Assembly (NCBI GenBank): GCA_951406725.2
Contig: OX597814.1
Coordinates: 52,080,001 to 52,144,000 of the forward strand
Length of the DNA: 64,000 nucleotides
Direction: 5' to 3'
From: Octopus vulgaris
Lineage: Eukaryota
The notes beneath the pieces are model-generated. The model saw only the letters and a program-made list of their open reading frames with translations, did no database searches and was not told the DNA's origin. Shown piece by piece: positions 38,910 to 52,963 of the stretch (positions are counted from its first letter, which is position 1; every line of letters starts with the position of its first letter). Position numbers and translations under genes: made by a program.

Positions 38910-41741
38910 ATGCGTGTTTTTACCGCTTGGTTCGCTTTCAATGCCACTATGTCCCGTCCGATTCGCTCCAAAATTTACAGGGACATGTAGAATGAGGTGA
39001 CGATGCCCGTGGGCTACCTTAGAAATCCCTATCTTAAAAGGTGTGGTTGCTAGGGGGCCATCTTTCTCACTCACGCTATTTCCTCCATTCCCCCTCTAAC
39101 TCCCCTTCATATATAACTTTGACAAGTCCACTCCCGTTATTTAATGTAAAGTCTTCCTCAACTCACTCTCGCTATTTCCTCTCTTCCAAGAACATTTTCA
39201 CTCACTCTATCTCTTAGCTTCCCATAACTTTTACTCATGTATCTGTCTGCATTCATACAGAGAAACAAATATTCCATCGCCATCACATTCTATTGTCTAC
39301 CTGTCAACGCGCCCATCGACCAAATACAAACAGAACACACCAACGAGCGTTTATGTATGTGTGTGTGTGTTCTATATATAAATATGTATATATAATGTAT
39401 ATATACAAAGTGTATATATCTGTATTTATGTATATTAAACTTGTTAATACTTTTTCATAGTTACGTAAAGGGAACTAGTTGCTTCTTTACACTTTTTGGG
39501 TGCAACTTGGGTGCGAGACAGATCATTTTCTCTGTTAATTACGTGACCAACAGGGGTCTAACATGCCTAAACATGAGCGCAGCACATGTGAACATCTGAC
39601 GTGCTTTGAGTCAGGAGAAGAATGAGCTGACGCAGACGTGTTGCAAAACAAGGGAGTACACGTGCAGAACAGAGGTGCATGAGTGAAATAGGGCTTGCTA
39701 GGCTGAAATACAGTGTACAGTATTGAATATGCCAGTGATTAATGCGGTAAGGCTAAGGCTGCCAGCCAGTGCTTGAGCTATTATATGCCTCGGTCGTGCA
39801 GGAACAAAAGTGTGGCATGCTGGCGCTTTGTAAGGGACAAACAACTTTCTCTATGTATGTGTGACCAACCTAGGGTCTTACAGAGATGAGTTGTGTTTAC
39901 AAGGGCACATTGAGCATGGAAAACAAGCGAGAAAGGCATGTGACAGAGATAGCATTTGTGTGTGTGTATTAACTATGTGTGTTCATGTGTGCGACAGAAG
40001 TACAAACAAGGTGTATGCAGGCAAAACAAAATACAGCGCATAGGAAAAGTCTCTCATGGTATTTCAGACAAGATGGAGTTAATTTACCAGTTCATAGTAA
40101 AGTACATAATAGCAGTTCGTTCTGTAACAGGATGTTCAGATCACAAGTGCAGATGCCAGTTGAACACATGTCGTGTAGTGGTTGTGGCTTCAATGCTGTG
40201 CCAGGTTACTTGGTACAGAAGATCTCGCAGGTAGTGCTGTGCTGTTAACCTCGGTGAAAATCATAACAGCGTGAAAGCTAAACCTGAATGAGTGCTATGT
40301 ACATATTAGTGTTGCTGGAGATGAAGGCGACGGAGATGGATACGACATGAAGGTGAAGGACGACGATGGTGATGGCGACGGCAGAGAAAGGCGACGTTGA
40401 GATGAAGGCGTCGGTGGCGTTGCTGGTGTATGTTAGCATCGTCATTGGCTGGAGCAGGAACATGACTGGCTGGTCTGATCGTCTGTCGCTGGAACTGGAA
40501 CATGGTTGAGTAAGCTCTGTGTGGATGAAGACTGCGGCGGATTGATTGGTTCAGACTAGGTAGAAACTAGATTTTAGCTAAGTGTTCTATGGTCTATGAC
40601 CAGAACTCGGGAAACTTGATTGACTGTTCTATGGTCTATGACCAGAACTCGGGAAACTTGTTTGAGTCCTCATCTTATAAAATGTGGCCCCAGTAGACCC
40701 AAATGAAATCGGGTTATATTAACCAAAATGTGAAAAGGGGTCTAGATGGGGGCTGGAAGGGGATTAAAATTTAAAGGAGCAGGTGTTTAGCAATTCTCTG
40801 TTACATCAAGCTAAAAAATTTGCGCCAGCCTTTTAATCGTCAATGTGTTGCCGTCCATGATGAAGAAGTTTTGAATGCTTGCCATCGTGAGTCTACTGTC
40901 GTGAGAAAGAATCAATTCAAAACTTGGTTTTTAGGGATTTTCTATTACATCAAGTTCAAAATTTTATGCCAGCCGTTGAACTGTCAATACGTTGCTGTCC
41001 GTCATTAAGAAATGCCAGCCATGGTGACTCTACTATCCTCAAATTCTATCCCTTCAAACTTTGGTTTCCAATATTTTATTATTTTTATTCAGCTCGCAAG
41101 TTCGTCTGTCCCTTTTAAATGTTAGTGTTTTGCTGTCTGCCTTGAAGCAGACCTTTCCGTTGTTACTGCCTGATATTTATGATTGATCTTTCTAAATATT
41201 TTATTTCTCAACTTACTCAAGATCTTTTGTTGTTTATAAATGGGAGAGAGATAGATAAAGATAGAGAGTAAGAGAAAGCGAGGGAAAGTCCGAGAGAAAG
41301 GAAGAGTAAGAGAGTGAGAAAGTGAGAGAGAAAGGAGAGAGAAACAAAGAGGGAGAATCATCATCATCATCATCATATTCGTTTAACGTCCGTTTTCCGT
41401 GCTAGCACGGGTTGGACAGTTTGACAGGGGTCTGGGAAGCCAGGAGGCTGCATCAGGCTCCAGTCTGATCTAGCAGTGTTTCTACAGGTGGTTGCCCTTC
41501 CTAACGCCAACCACTCTGTGAGCGTAGTGCGTGCTTTTTTCGTGCCGCCAGCACAGGTGCCAGGGAGGCTGGCAGCGGCCACGATCGGTTGGTGCTTTTT
41601 ACGTGCCACCGGCACAGAAGCCAGTCAAAGCGGTGCTGCAGTCGGCCACATTCAGATGGTGCTTTTTACGTGCTGAAAGGAAGCAACAGAAAGTAACAAC
41701 CACACTCTTACCCGCGCGTAGAGCGGGTCACCTTCAGCTAG
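38890..41741 (+). mobile_element. Helitron (~2.85 kb) with internal cargo and an RTE 3'-UTR insertion (41358-41673)
   Basis: 3' hairpin ACCCGC-7nt-GCGGGT (41710-41728), then CTAG|T at 41738-41741. The 5' end is buried in (TA)n with a Helitron-like CCGATTCGCTCCAAAATTT segment. Shares sequence with the 5.1-kb Helitron piece and has a ~145-bp internal dimer at 40790-41070. Confidence 0.7.
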
Positions 41742-41838
41742 TATATATATATATTGATAAAAATGGTAAGACAACAAAAGAAAGAAAGATACCTCCATAT
41801 TATGTAAATAGAGAATTTATCTGTAAATGTAATATGTG

Positions 41839-41894
<56 letters not shown>

Positions 41895-42143
41895 TATAAC
41901 AAAGTGAAGTTTAAGGTACCATACGAGTGGAAATATATATGAAAGAAGGTTTGAAAATGCAATTTTAAAGATGTTTATTCACTTGACCAGTTTCACTTTT
42001 TTAGAAAAAGATTGTCAAAAGTAAAATTTAAAGCTTTGTATAAGTTTTGTTGCTTTAAGTTCTGGTTGTTACAAAAGTATTAAAATACATATATACATTC
42101 TTATTATCATCAAAGAACGTATATATGTATTGATATATATATA

Positions 42144-43434
42144 CGAGTGGCATTCAATAAGTAATGCCCCTGACCCACTTCCCATAGCAGTAGAGCAACG
42201 AAACTTGGCACAGTTATTAGTCTTTTTCTACATAGAAACCACCCAGAGTTACGCATTTCTCCCATCATTTGATGCAGCTCTGAAGACTGTTTTTGTAGAA
42301 GACCCCAGCTTGGTCCTCCAACCACCACGTGACTTCAGAAATCAAGGCTGCATCATCTGGGAAATGCTTTCCTTTCAAAAACAACTTCATGGCTGGGAAG
42401 AGGTGAAAATCAGAGGGTGCAGGTCAGGAGAGTAGGGAGAATGGGGGATGAGTTCATAGCTGCACGCCTGTGCTTCTGATCTGGCGACACGCGAGTTGTG
42501 GATCGGAGCGTTGTCCTGCAGGAGGAGGATGCCTTTGCTGATCTTGCCCCGCCTCTTGATTTTGATAGCTTCTCTTAATTTCCTCAAAAGTGAAGCATAA
42601 TAGACTCCTGTAATTGTGGCACCCTTTGCCAAGAAATCTGTCATCACTACTCCGTCCTGGTCCCAGAAGACTGTGAGTATGACCTTGCCAGAGGAGGGCT
42701 GCACCCTTGCCTTCTTTGGAGGAGGTGAGTCATGGTGTTTTCACTGCATTGACTGGGCTTTGGTCTCTGGATCATAGTGATGGACCCAGGTTTCATCCTG
42801 TGTAATCAGTCTTTTGAAAAATTTTGACTCATCTTCTTGGCACATCTTCAAATTCATCCTCGCGCAATCGACGCGTTCTTGCTTCTGGAAAGGTGTGAGC
42901 AGCCTGGGAATCCATCTGGCAGACACCTTTTGCATATGCAAATGGTCATGAATGATAGTTTCCACAGACCCGGTACTAATCTTGACCTCATGGGCTATTT
43001 GGCGAATAATTATGCGTCGATCTTCCAAAATGGCAGCCTCAACTTGATGGACAGATGCCTCATCAATGGCAGAAGGGGGCGACCAGATCTGGGAGCTGTT
43101 TCCACAAAGTTCCGACCATGTTTGAATTCACGATGCCAGCGTTTTACAAGGTCATATGATGGGGCATCATCACCATAAGTTACTTTTATTTCATCAAAAG
43201 TCTCCCGTGGTGTGCGTCCTTTCAAATACAAAAACCGCATCACTGCTCGTCACTCAACAGGCTCCGTTTCACACTTGACTCAGTTCAAACACCTGTAAAT
43301 CAGAAACCACAATTAGTTCAGAGCTGTTATTTGCCACTTAATCTATAGAGATATAAATAATTGCACATGCAAAATTTCAGCTAGATCAAACAACTGCAAG
43401 TGGGTCAGAGGCATTACTTATTGAATGCCCCTCG
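42144..43434 (-). mobile_element. Full-length mariner (DD34D-type) transposon, 1291 bp
   Basis: 37-bp TIRs (CGAGTGGCATTCAATAAGTAATGCCCCTGACCCACTT, 2 mismatches) and a TA target duplication. Confidence 0.97.
42200..43270 (-). pseudogene. Mariner transposase, frameshifted with a premature stop
   Basis: WIPRLL, ITQDETWVHHYDPE, LLQDNAPIH and PHSPYSPDL motifs split over ORFs 43010-43243, 42741-43028 and 42387-42704. Confidence 0.95.
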
Positions 43435-43452
43435 TATATATGTAATATATAT

Positions 43453-43635
43453 GTAGGGAGAGTTTACGAAAAAAACAAAAGACAAAGACAGGTGGTGTAC
43501 AAAACAAACAGATGTATTAGTATAACACTCAGGAATAGAAAAAGTCTTTTACGTTTCGAGCCTACGCTCTTCTACAGAAAGGGACACAGAAAAAAACAAG
43601 GAGAGAAAAAAATGTGTGTAGAGGCTAATGATCTA
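43453..43635 (-). mobile_element. Short module with hammerhead-like motif (43546-43581); family copies at ~49750-49885 and ~58438-58610
   Basis: The minus strand reads CTTT-CTGTAGA-A-GAGC gtag GCTC-GAAA-CG-TA-AAAG. Confidence 0.6.
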
Positions 43636-43999
43636 TCAAATATATATATATGTAGTGAAGGTGCATGGCTCAGTGGTTAGTGCATCGGGCTCACAATCAT
43701 GAGGTAGTGAGTTCAATTCCTAGACCAGGCTGTGTATTGCATTCTTGAGCAAGACACTTTATTTCACATTGCTCTAGTTCACTCAACTGTAGAAATGAGT
43801 TAGAATATCACTGGTGCCAAGCCTTTGCCTTTCCCTTGGATAACATCGGTGACATGGAGAGCGGAGGCTTATATGCATGGTCTTCCATAAACAACTTTGC
43901 CCGGATTTGTGCCTTAAAAGGGAACTTTCTAGATGCAATCCCATGGTCATTCATGATCAAAGGAGACCTTTACTCTTTATATATACATGTATAAATAAG

Positions 44000-44390
44000 C
44001 ATTGTTGTGTGGTAAGAAGCTTGCTTCCCAACCACATAGTTCTGGGTTCAGTCCCACTGTGTGGCACTTTAGGCAAGTGTCTTCTGCTATAGCCTTGGGC
44101 CAACCAAAGTTTTGTGAGTGGACTTGGTAAACAGAAACTGAAAGAATCCCAGCATGTATGTGTGTGTGTGTGTGAGTGTGTTCTTTGTGCCTGTGTTTGT
44201 CTTCCCATCACTGCTTGAAAACCGGTGTTGGTGTGTTTATGGCCCCATGACTTCAGCAAAAGGGACCAAAAGAATAAGTACTAGGCTTAAAATTAATTCC
44301 TGGGGTCGATTTGTTGGACTGAAACCCTTGAAGGCAGTGTTCCAGCATGACTGCAGTCAAATGACTGAAACAAGTAAAAGAATAAAATAA
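44000..44390 (+). mobile_element. SINE with internal (TG)n; copies at ~49224-49603 (+), ~59289-59707 (+), partial minus-strand copies at ~45425-45580, ~56575-56780, ~58705-58862
   Basis: Shared head TGGTAAGAAGCTT...GGTTCAGTCCCACTG and tail ATGACTGAAACAAGTAAAAGAATAAAA. Confidence 0.88.
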
Positions 44391-44658
44391 TATATATATA
44401 TATATAACAAAATAATAAATAAAACATATGCATATATACATACATATATGTACGTACCTACATCTATATGTATATATACATGCATATGTGGGTACAGAAC
44501 ACTAAAAAAACATCGAAGACAGTGAGAAACGAAAACATAAACACAAAACCAAGGAAATGGACATTTTTCTTAAACAACGAAAAAAAAGAGAGTACAAGAC
44601 ATACAACACAAAGGAACATTCCTCTTCTTCAGCCACCTCTGTTTCATTTATTCCGCAT

Positions 44659-44725
<67 letters not shown>

Positions 44726-45097
44726 CACTTGCGTCAGAAATTAATTAGCACTTCTCAAATTTCTACATTAAATAGGTTAAATCAATTAACCTATGAGCTG
44801 TTCAAAACGTCTTACGCGATGAGAAAACTTAGTATGGTGTGATTTCAGTCCTTGCGAGGAGCTACCTATATCTATTAAACAAAGGAAGATTTGTCTGCAT
44901 CCGCACTCCAAGTTGTTGTTGCACTGCTATGTCAACATCATAAGGCTGTAGACTCTCAAACTGCTCTGCAAACAAAGTTACGTCATCGTTCTGCGCAACA
45001 GTGAACTCGCAACAAAGCAATAGTTCGAGATATGGCCACTAGGTGACCGCACATACCTTGAGTGAAGAGCAAATCAAGGGTGCTAATTAATTTCTGA

Positions 45098-45105
<8 letters not shown>
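44726..45105. mobile_element. Tc1/mariner-type MITE (~380 bp)
   Basis: Inverted repeat CGTCAGAAATTAATTAGCAC at 44732-44751 and 45080-45099, embedded in TA runs. Confidence 0.8.
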
Positions 45106-45157
<52 letters not shown>

Positions 45158-45999
45158 CATATAAACAATTGCAGCGTGGAACATATATATATATACTGGG
45201 TCATCCCATAAATAATGCAGTTTTTGTCAATTGCATGAACTAAAAGTTGGAGGGGGACAGGATAAACTACTTGCATCAACTTGCTATAAAAACAGGTAGT
45301 GATTTTACCTTGTACTTATTCTTCATGCAAGTTTTGAAGAGTGCAGTTCAATGGATTCTTAGATGTCTATACATACATACATACATACATACATACATAA
45401 AGATATATATGTATATCATGCTTTCACACAATTTACCACCTATCAAATTCCATCTACAAGGCATTGGTCAACTTGAGAATACAATAGAAAATAGTACTGC
45501 AAAGTGCTGCACAGCGAGATTGGACATGAAACCATGTGGTTCTGAAGTGAACTTCTTGCCCACAGGTCTACTCTTGCACTTTCTTCACTTCAGAAATGTT
45601 ATTTTTCAATTGCTGTTATGTGGAAAGCCACAGATAATGTCAAATGATGATGCTCCCCCAACACACTGTGCAAACTGCGAATATGGAATTAATGTCTATT
45701 GTTATTTATCTTGAACCTGATGTCAGACAAATGTAACTCATTGTTACCATATCATCAGCATTATCAGCATCATCATCATCATTGTTGTTGTCATTGTCAC
45801 TCCCACCAAACCTTGGAGTTGATAGAGTGTGGGTGGAGAGTATCCTGTCAGTCCTTTCAGTAATAGATCAGTCTAGCAGGAAGCTTCTGATGCAGTTAAT
45901 AAGAGCTCTATGGAGACTAAACTCAAAGAGATAAGTTACAAGGTTTTCATACCAAATGCAACTGAAAGCTTTGTTAATGCCAATGGCAATAATATTGTT

Positions 46000-46420
46000 T
46001 TTACTAGTAAATTACTGCCAAGTGACATAGAAGAGCAATTCTCAAGTAGATCAGCAAATCCAGGAGACAACTCCAGGCATGTTTCTGCTTTATTATGGCC
46101 TTATCAGTGAAGCATAGACCTCACTGTACTTACTGAAATAGTAATGGGAGAATCATGAAATACATGCACAAGATTATAAGTACACTCTATGGCATAGAAT
46201 AAAAGGATTGGTTTGAGAATAAATAAATCAGAGACTAAATAAATCTGCTTGCAAAACCATTGTCAAGCCACTGTTGATATTTTGCCAATGTTTAGAGTAA
46301 AATTTAAACCCATTCTCAAAAATCTCTAGAAACCACACTTTGTGTCGTTTTATCATGTCATTATGGATGTATCAACAATATAACAACACTATGAATGCTA
46401 ATAGGTTAAACACTTGATAA
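46000..46420 (-). mobile_element. Possible old Penelope-like 3' end with degenerate hammerhead (46071-46112)
   Basis: The minus strand gives LEIFE...NINSGL-like peptide, then CTTCA-CTGATAA-GGC..GCA-GAAA-CATG-CC-TGGAG. Confidence 0.35.
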
Positions 46421-48021
46421 ATATTATGAAGCCATTGACTAATAATTATAAAATTTTTATCAATTAAAAATACATGTGGTGTGCAATATAAATTATGTTA
46501 TAGTTATCAATGACTTGTGCATGGAAATAAGCAGGTAAATAAAGAAAATCAGCTATAAATAGGTAAATAAAGAAAATCAGCTGCCTTCCCAAATGTTCAG
46601 ATAATACTAGCACTGACATTGCTTTGATTTTGACATTGAAATATTAGCATTGATAGATGATACCATATTGATTTTAAAGTTTTCCTGTTATTCGATCATC
46701 ATGTTTACATGTTACCATGAAAATCAGATCACTAACGACATCCTATTTGCTCAGCACTTTCTGATATTGTAATTTTAATCTTTAATCAAATTTTCTAAAA
46801 AAGAAATTTAAAAAGAAAATTAATTTTTTTAAACATGCATACACATCAGAAAATATTTCATCACTTGTCATCTGTTGTTGCTTTTTTATAATCTATTTTC
46901 TTTGATTTCAGATCCTTAATCACAACTTAGAAGAGCATTGTTTTAAAAATTTCTTCACTTTTGTAATTTGTGGGGAAATTTATAAGTGTTTATTAGTTCT
47001 ACATATAAGAAGACATATTACATGAAAATTATACATTTGACTTTACTTCTAAATGTCTTTATCATTAGAATATTAATTTTAATTTTAATAAAATCTTGTT
47101 TAATATTTCTTGAAATGAAAGTTGAATTTTTTTTATATATATATATAATATTGTGGTTGCATTTGAAATTGTATCTATTGCTATTTATCCTAAATTGAAA
47201 AATAATTAGTATGACTGCTAAATAAATAATTCATTTATAAATATTTTAATTAAATTATGAGAAATTTCTACCTTGGAGAAATTACATAGCTTTGACTTGG
47301 AGATAAGTCATTATTAGAAATTTATTAAAATATTAAACAGTGATTAGGCCTCCAATATTCTCTTTTGAGATTTTAAATTCTTCACACTTTAATCTAGGCT
47401 GCAAAATAACATATGATGGCCATCATACTTTAACACTACTATGTCATTAGAAAATCACTGAAGACTAAAGTATTTATGCTGTAATTTAATGAAGGGACAG
47501 ACTGGAGTAATTTTGGAACACTTTTTCTACACCAACAGGAGGACTTAATTTATCTCTGTGATCTAACAAAGCAGTCATTATTTTTACAGTGTTGTGATGG
47601 TAAACTGCATGACTATGTGGTATCATGTGGGGGAACTTAGTTATTGAAGGTTAAGTACATAGACTTTGACCACAATATAGTGAAGGTGGCAGAATCAAGG
47701 TGATAATATCTTGATTATTTTTCCTAGTAACTTGACTGATCAGATGTGCTTAAGTCTTTTTATAGTAAAAGTGTATCAAATAATTTGGAAAATGCTGCAA
47801 TTTCACAAATAGTTTTATGGCCTATAAAAGCAAAGAAGCTGCAAGAACATTAAACATTTAAACTGAACATTAAACATTTCAGTATGATTGCATAACAGAA
47901 ACTTAAAGAAAATGTGTAAAAATAAAGATTACTTTAATTTATTCAGTAATCTATGCAATCATGTAACTGACTGTTACACTAAATACTGATGTAGGTATGG
48001 CTGCACTGTCAAGAAGTTCCA

Positions 48022-48045
48022 TCCTCCTCCTCCTCCTCCTCCTCC

Positions 48046-48100
<55 letters not shown>

Positions 48101-48152
48101 TCATTCATTCATTCATTCATTCATTCATTCATTCATTCATTCATTCATTCAT
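48022..48152. repeat. Compound (TCC)n-(ATC)n-(ATTC)n microsatellite
   Basis: Visible directly. Confidence 0.97.
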
Positions 48153-49159
48153 GATCATTTTATATTTACTTTTTTCATTTTTTTACTTCTGTCATGGGTT
48201 GGATATGTTATCACATTCAGGTCAGTTCTTATTCAGAGCCACATCTCAGTTGTCCATTTCATTTTAGCATAATTTTTCAACTAGCTGCTCTTCATATCTT
48301 TAACCACTTTACAGAGTGTACTGGTTGCATTTTATCATTCACTATAGAGGTTGTCTTGTCCCTAACAAGACTAAAGAATCCTCTTGACTTTCCCTCCGAT
48401 TGTTCTTTCACTAACCCCTAGAGGGTTTTCTCATCTCCAGCAAGATTAAAGAGTCCTGTCTTCCCTTCATTGTCTTCATATATTTATTTCTTCCTTTCCA
48501 ACACAATTTGATGAGAAGAGAGCCTGAGTGAAAGAGTGATAGAAGAGTAAAAGAAAAAAATCAGAGTGATAGGAACAAAAGTGTGAAAGAAAAAGAGGGA
48601 GAGATAGACATGAAGTTTGTTGGTAAGGAAACTGAATTGAAGCAACATGACTAAGAGAATGATAGGAGTGGGATGCTAATGAAAGAGAACCAGAATGATA
48701 AGAATAAGAGAAATCAAAGGAAGAGAGTGAAAGAGAGTGATAGAAAGCTACATAATGGTTGTTGGTATAGACATATAAACAGCATGAATAATATGAGAAC
48801 AGAGAGACTAACAGAAGAAAACAAGACAATAGATAAGAGAGTATGGAAAGTGAAATAGAGTGATGGAAGAGAGAAAGGCTAGTTGAAGTAAGAGATTAAT
48901 TGGAGAGAGAATGTGATGGAAGAGAAAGGGAGAAAGAGAGTTGGGTGTGAATGAGGAGTGATAAAAAGAGTAGCAATGTAAAAGACAGGTATAGACAGCT
49001 AAGGTAAAAGAGTGGGGAGTAATGGCTGTCAATAATGAGTAACATGGATAGAAATAATTGGAAAGCATGAGAGAGAATAATGTTTATTAATAGAGATAGG
49101 GGTAATGATGAGTGATAGATTGAAGACAGAGGCCAATGTGATGCTATCCCTTATTACAC

Positions 49160-49202
<43 letters not shown>

Positions 49203-49672
49203 TGTGTGTATGTATATGTGTATAGGTGCAAGTGTGGCTGCATGGTAAGAAGCTTAGTTCCCAACCACATGGTTCCAGGTTCAGCCCCACTGTGTGGCAC
49301 CTTGGGCAAGTGCCTTCTGTTATAGCCTTGGGCTGACCTAAGCTTTGTGAGTGAATTTGGTAGACGGAAACTGAATATATATATGTATGTATTTGTGTAT
49401 CAGTATTTGTCCCCCCACCATTGCTCGACAACCAATGTTAGTGTGCTTACGTCCCCGTAACTTAGCGGTTCAGCAAAAGAGAGAACAATAGAATAAGTAC
49501 TAGGCTTACAAAAAATAAGTCCTGGGGCCGACTTGTTTGACTAAAGGCAGTGCTCCAGCATGGCCACAGTCAAATGAATGAAACAAGTAAAAGAATAAAA
49601 GAATATATATATATATCATCATCATCGTTTAGCGTCCGCTTTCCATGCTAGCGTGGGTTGGACCAGCAAGCA

Positions 49673-49752
<80 letters not shown>

Positions 49753-49900
49753 GGGAAGAATTCACAAAAAACAAAAGGCAAAGACAGGTGGTGTAGACAA
49801 CAAACAGATGTATTAGTTTAATGTTCAGGAAGTAAAAAAGTCTTTAACGTTTCAAACCTATGCTCTTCCACAGAAAGGAACACACACACACACACACACA

Positions 49901-50345
49901 TACCAGGTTGAATCAAAAGTCTTTTTGCATTCCAAACTTTAATTAATAGTTCAAACAAATGACCTACAAAACACATTTATTCATCAAAATATGTCCCATC
50001 TTATTTTACTGTCTGTTGCCATCATTATGCCTGGAGCTCTATTCCATGCTTATACCATTTGGCTAGTTTTGAGATTAAAAACTCCGTACACCCATTTCTA
50101 GCCTCATCCACATTGTTGAACCTCCATCCAGACAGGAAATTAGCCATGGCTCAGAAAAGGTGGCAATCTGATGATGCAAAGTCTGGACTGTAGGCAGGGT
50201 GAGGCAACCTTTCTAGTTCCTCAAGTTTGTGCTTGGTCACATTGGCAGTGTGTGCCAGGACATTGTCATGCTGTAGAAGTGCATGTCTTCAATTGATCAA
50301 TGCTGATGGCAAGTTTTCAAAGTATCATGTACTCACTAATTCATT
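49901..50345 (-). mobile_element. Mariner 3' fragment
   Basis: Minus-strand translation gives HDNVLAHTA...LPHPAYSPDFASSDCHLF. Confidence 0.85.
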
Positions 50346-52926
50346 TTTGAAACAACTTTCCTGTTACTAACATGAAGTAAAAACTTCTTACCATACCATG
50401 AAATTGTAATATTTTCACTAATTTCTTTGTCATGATTAGCAAAAGTAAAACCGGTTGACTATATAAATATTTTATCTCATAACAAAATACATATTCTGTG
50501 CATTTCATTCTTTTTATTTTCTTCACTATATATATATCTATACACACACACATATATGATACATATACATAAGTAACATACTTTATACCTATATAGGTGA
50601 CTGTCACCTTGCTGAAATGCAGTGAACTAGTAACTGATCCATTTAAAATGAGACCTGTAACCAACAATGTTATTGTCTACCAATTGTGACATAAATAAAT
50701 AAATAGATATATGAATAAATGAATAAATAAATAGATGATTAAATAAATAAGTAAATAAAATCAATGCAGTCTCTATACCAAATTCCATAACTAAAAAAGA
50801 AATGAAAGATGTGTAAATACTGCTGAGACTTGATAAAATATATAATAGTTGGATAGCATATGGAAAACATATTTTAGCAGTTAGATTTTTATCCAATTTC
50901 CAATCACATCTTTGGGACTTAACAAGATCATTTCCATTATTTTACTAATAATTCTTCCATAACCACTTCAGTTGCATTCATACATTCTTGGTCTCAGCTG
51001 CATCGAATTTTATTCAGTTTAGTTGTCAAGTCTCATAACACTGATTGTTAAAAATCCTTCTGACTGAGGAAATTATTTTAATTAGTGATTACCTGAAATT
51101 CAAAACATTAGTCTCTTTACATGTGTGGAGATGCATGGCTTAGAGGTTGGGGTGTTGGACTCATGATCATAAGATTGTGGTTTTAATTCCTGAACTGGGC
51201 AATGTGTTGTGTTCTTGAGCAAAAACTTCATTTCACGTTGCTCCAGTTCACTCAGCTGGCAAAAAGGAGTAATCCTGTGAAGGACCAGCGTCCCATCCAG
51301 GTGAGAGAATATATACACCATGAAATTGAGAAACCAGCCCTTATGAACCAGTATGACTCAAGAAGTTAACTTTACCTTTTATCGCTTTATAGGATCTTGT
51401 CTTCTTTATAAAATGCAATCAAGAACCACTGAAACAAGATGTGCTCTGTACGTCATTGCTATCTTTCCAAATCCTACTACATTTCACATGGAATTTTTGA
51501 TTCTCTACAGTTGTCCTGGTGTATAAGTTGACCTACCATTTTAGGCTATACATTTTGCTCTGACAAAATTGATTTGTATACCAAAAAATATGATAAACAT
51601 ATTTTATGGAAAAAATTCAGTTATGTTTAAATGAAATGTTCAATAATAGAATAAGTTAAATAACTGTAGAGGTTATATACAAATAGCCCTGCTCAAACTA
51701 TTAGACTTACCTCCCACATGGCAAAATAACAAATTTTGCAAATTTTTGGTACTTAAGAATTAACAACTTAGCTCATCTCTGCTTTTCTCAGATCTTACTG
51801 ATACTTCATCATTATTTAAATTTATGTTCCATGCTAGCAAACTACTAATATTTTTAAAGACACAAATTGCTGCTTATAAACTGCTATTTAGAAACAGAAA
51901 ACAAAAATAAATGACACTATATTTTAGAAAGAATGGCCAGTGCTTTGATATATAATTAGTAGCACAGTCAAACTGGCAAGCAATATAGATACATGGTTGA
52001 AGTCTCTTTTTAAGTCATAAATTGGTGCCTATAATACATACTATCATTGAAATTATATCACATATATTATGGACCAGAAAACATAAAAGAGAAAAAAATG
52101 AAGCAGTGCATTGGTAGTATACAATCAGTTTTAACTTAGTAAAGGTGTTTGCATTTGATTTGATTTCAATTTCTTACAAATATATATTTTACAGAACCAC
52201 ACCGATGAACAGCAAAACTGACCACATCAGAATTTGATCTCAGAAGTTTGATCCAAATGATGTGAAGCATTTAACTGTCTTGTGATCATATTTCAAATGA
52301 AATACAGAGTTCTAAGTTTCACTTTGTATTGAAAATAATCAATAATCTGTAAGCATTTAATAAATACTTAACTTTTTCATTAATTGGTATATAAAGTCAA
52401 TGTTTGGATCACAACTTGATATTAAAGTTCTTACATAAAATCATGATAGAAGGTTTTAATTGAAATCTGAACACTTTCAAGAGACAGTCTTTGTATCAAA
52501 GAACTGAAGGCAGTCTCAAATGAGTTAGTATCAAAAGGGTTTTAATAAGTTTATGTAATACCTGTGCAAGCTTCACTACCCACTGATATCTTTTGTAAAT
52601 AAATGGAAAATTGTAATGAAGTTTAATTGAGATAGTTGAATGCCATACTGGACATTTTATTGTCGCTGATCATTTGCTTCTTTGTTTGGAGTTCAAATCA
52701 TATCAGAGTTAATTTAGCTTTCATCCTTCTTAATACAATGAAAGAAAACGTCAACATATTTTGGAGTTAATTCAATCATCTATGCATTTTAAATGCTTGG
52801 CCTTTTGCCTAATTGAAAGAAATCAATATTCATTGTAAATAATAATTAACAAATACTAAAACGTGTTCTGTGTAATATAGATTCACTTGGAAATTAAAAT
52901 ATTAATTCAGTTTGTGTGTTTGTGTG

Positions 52927-52963
<37 letters not shown>

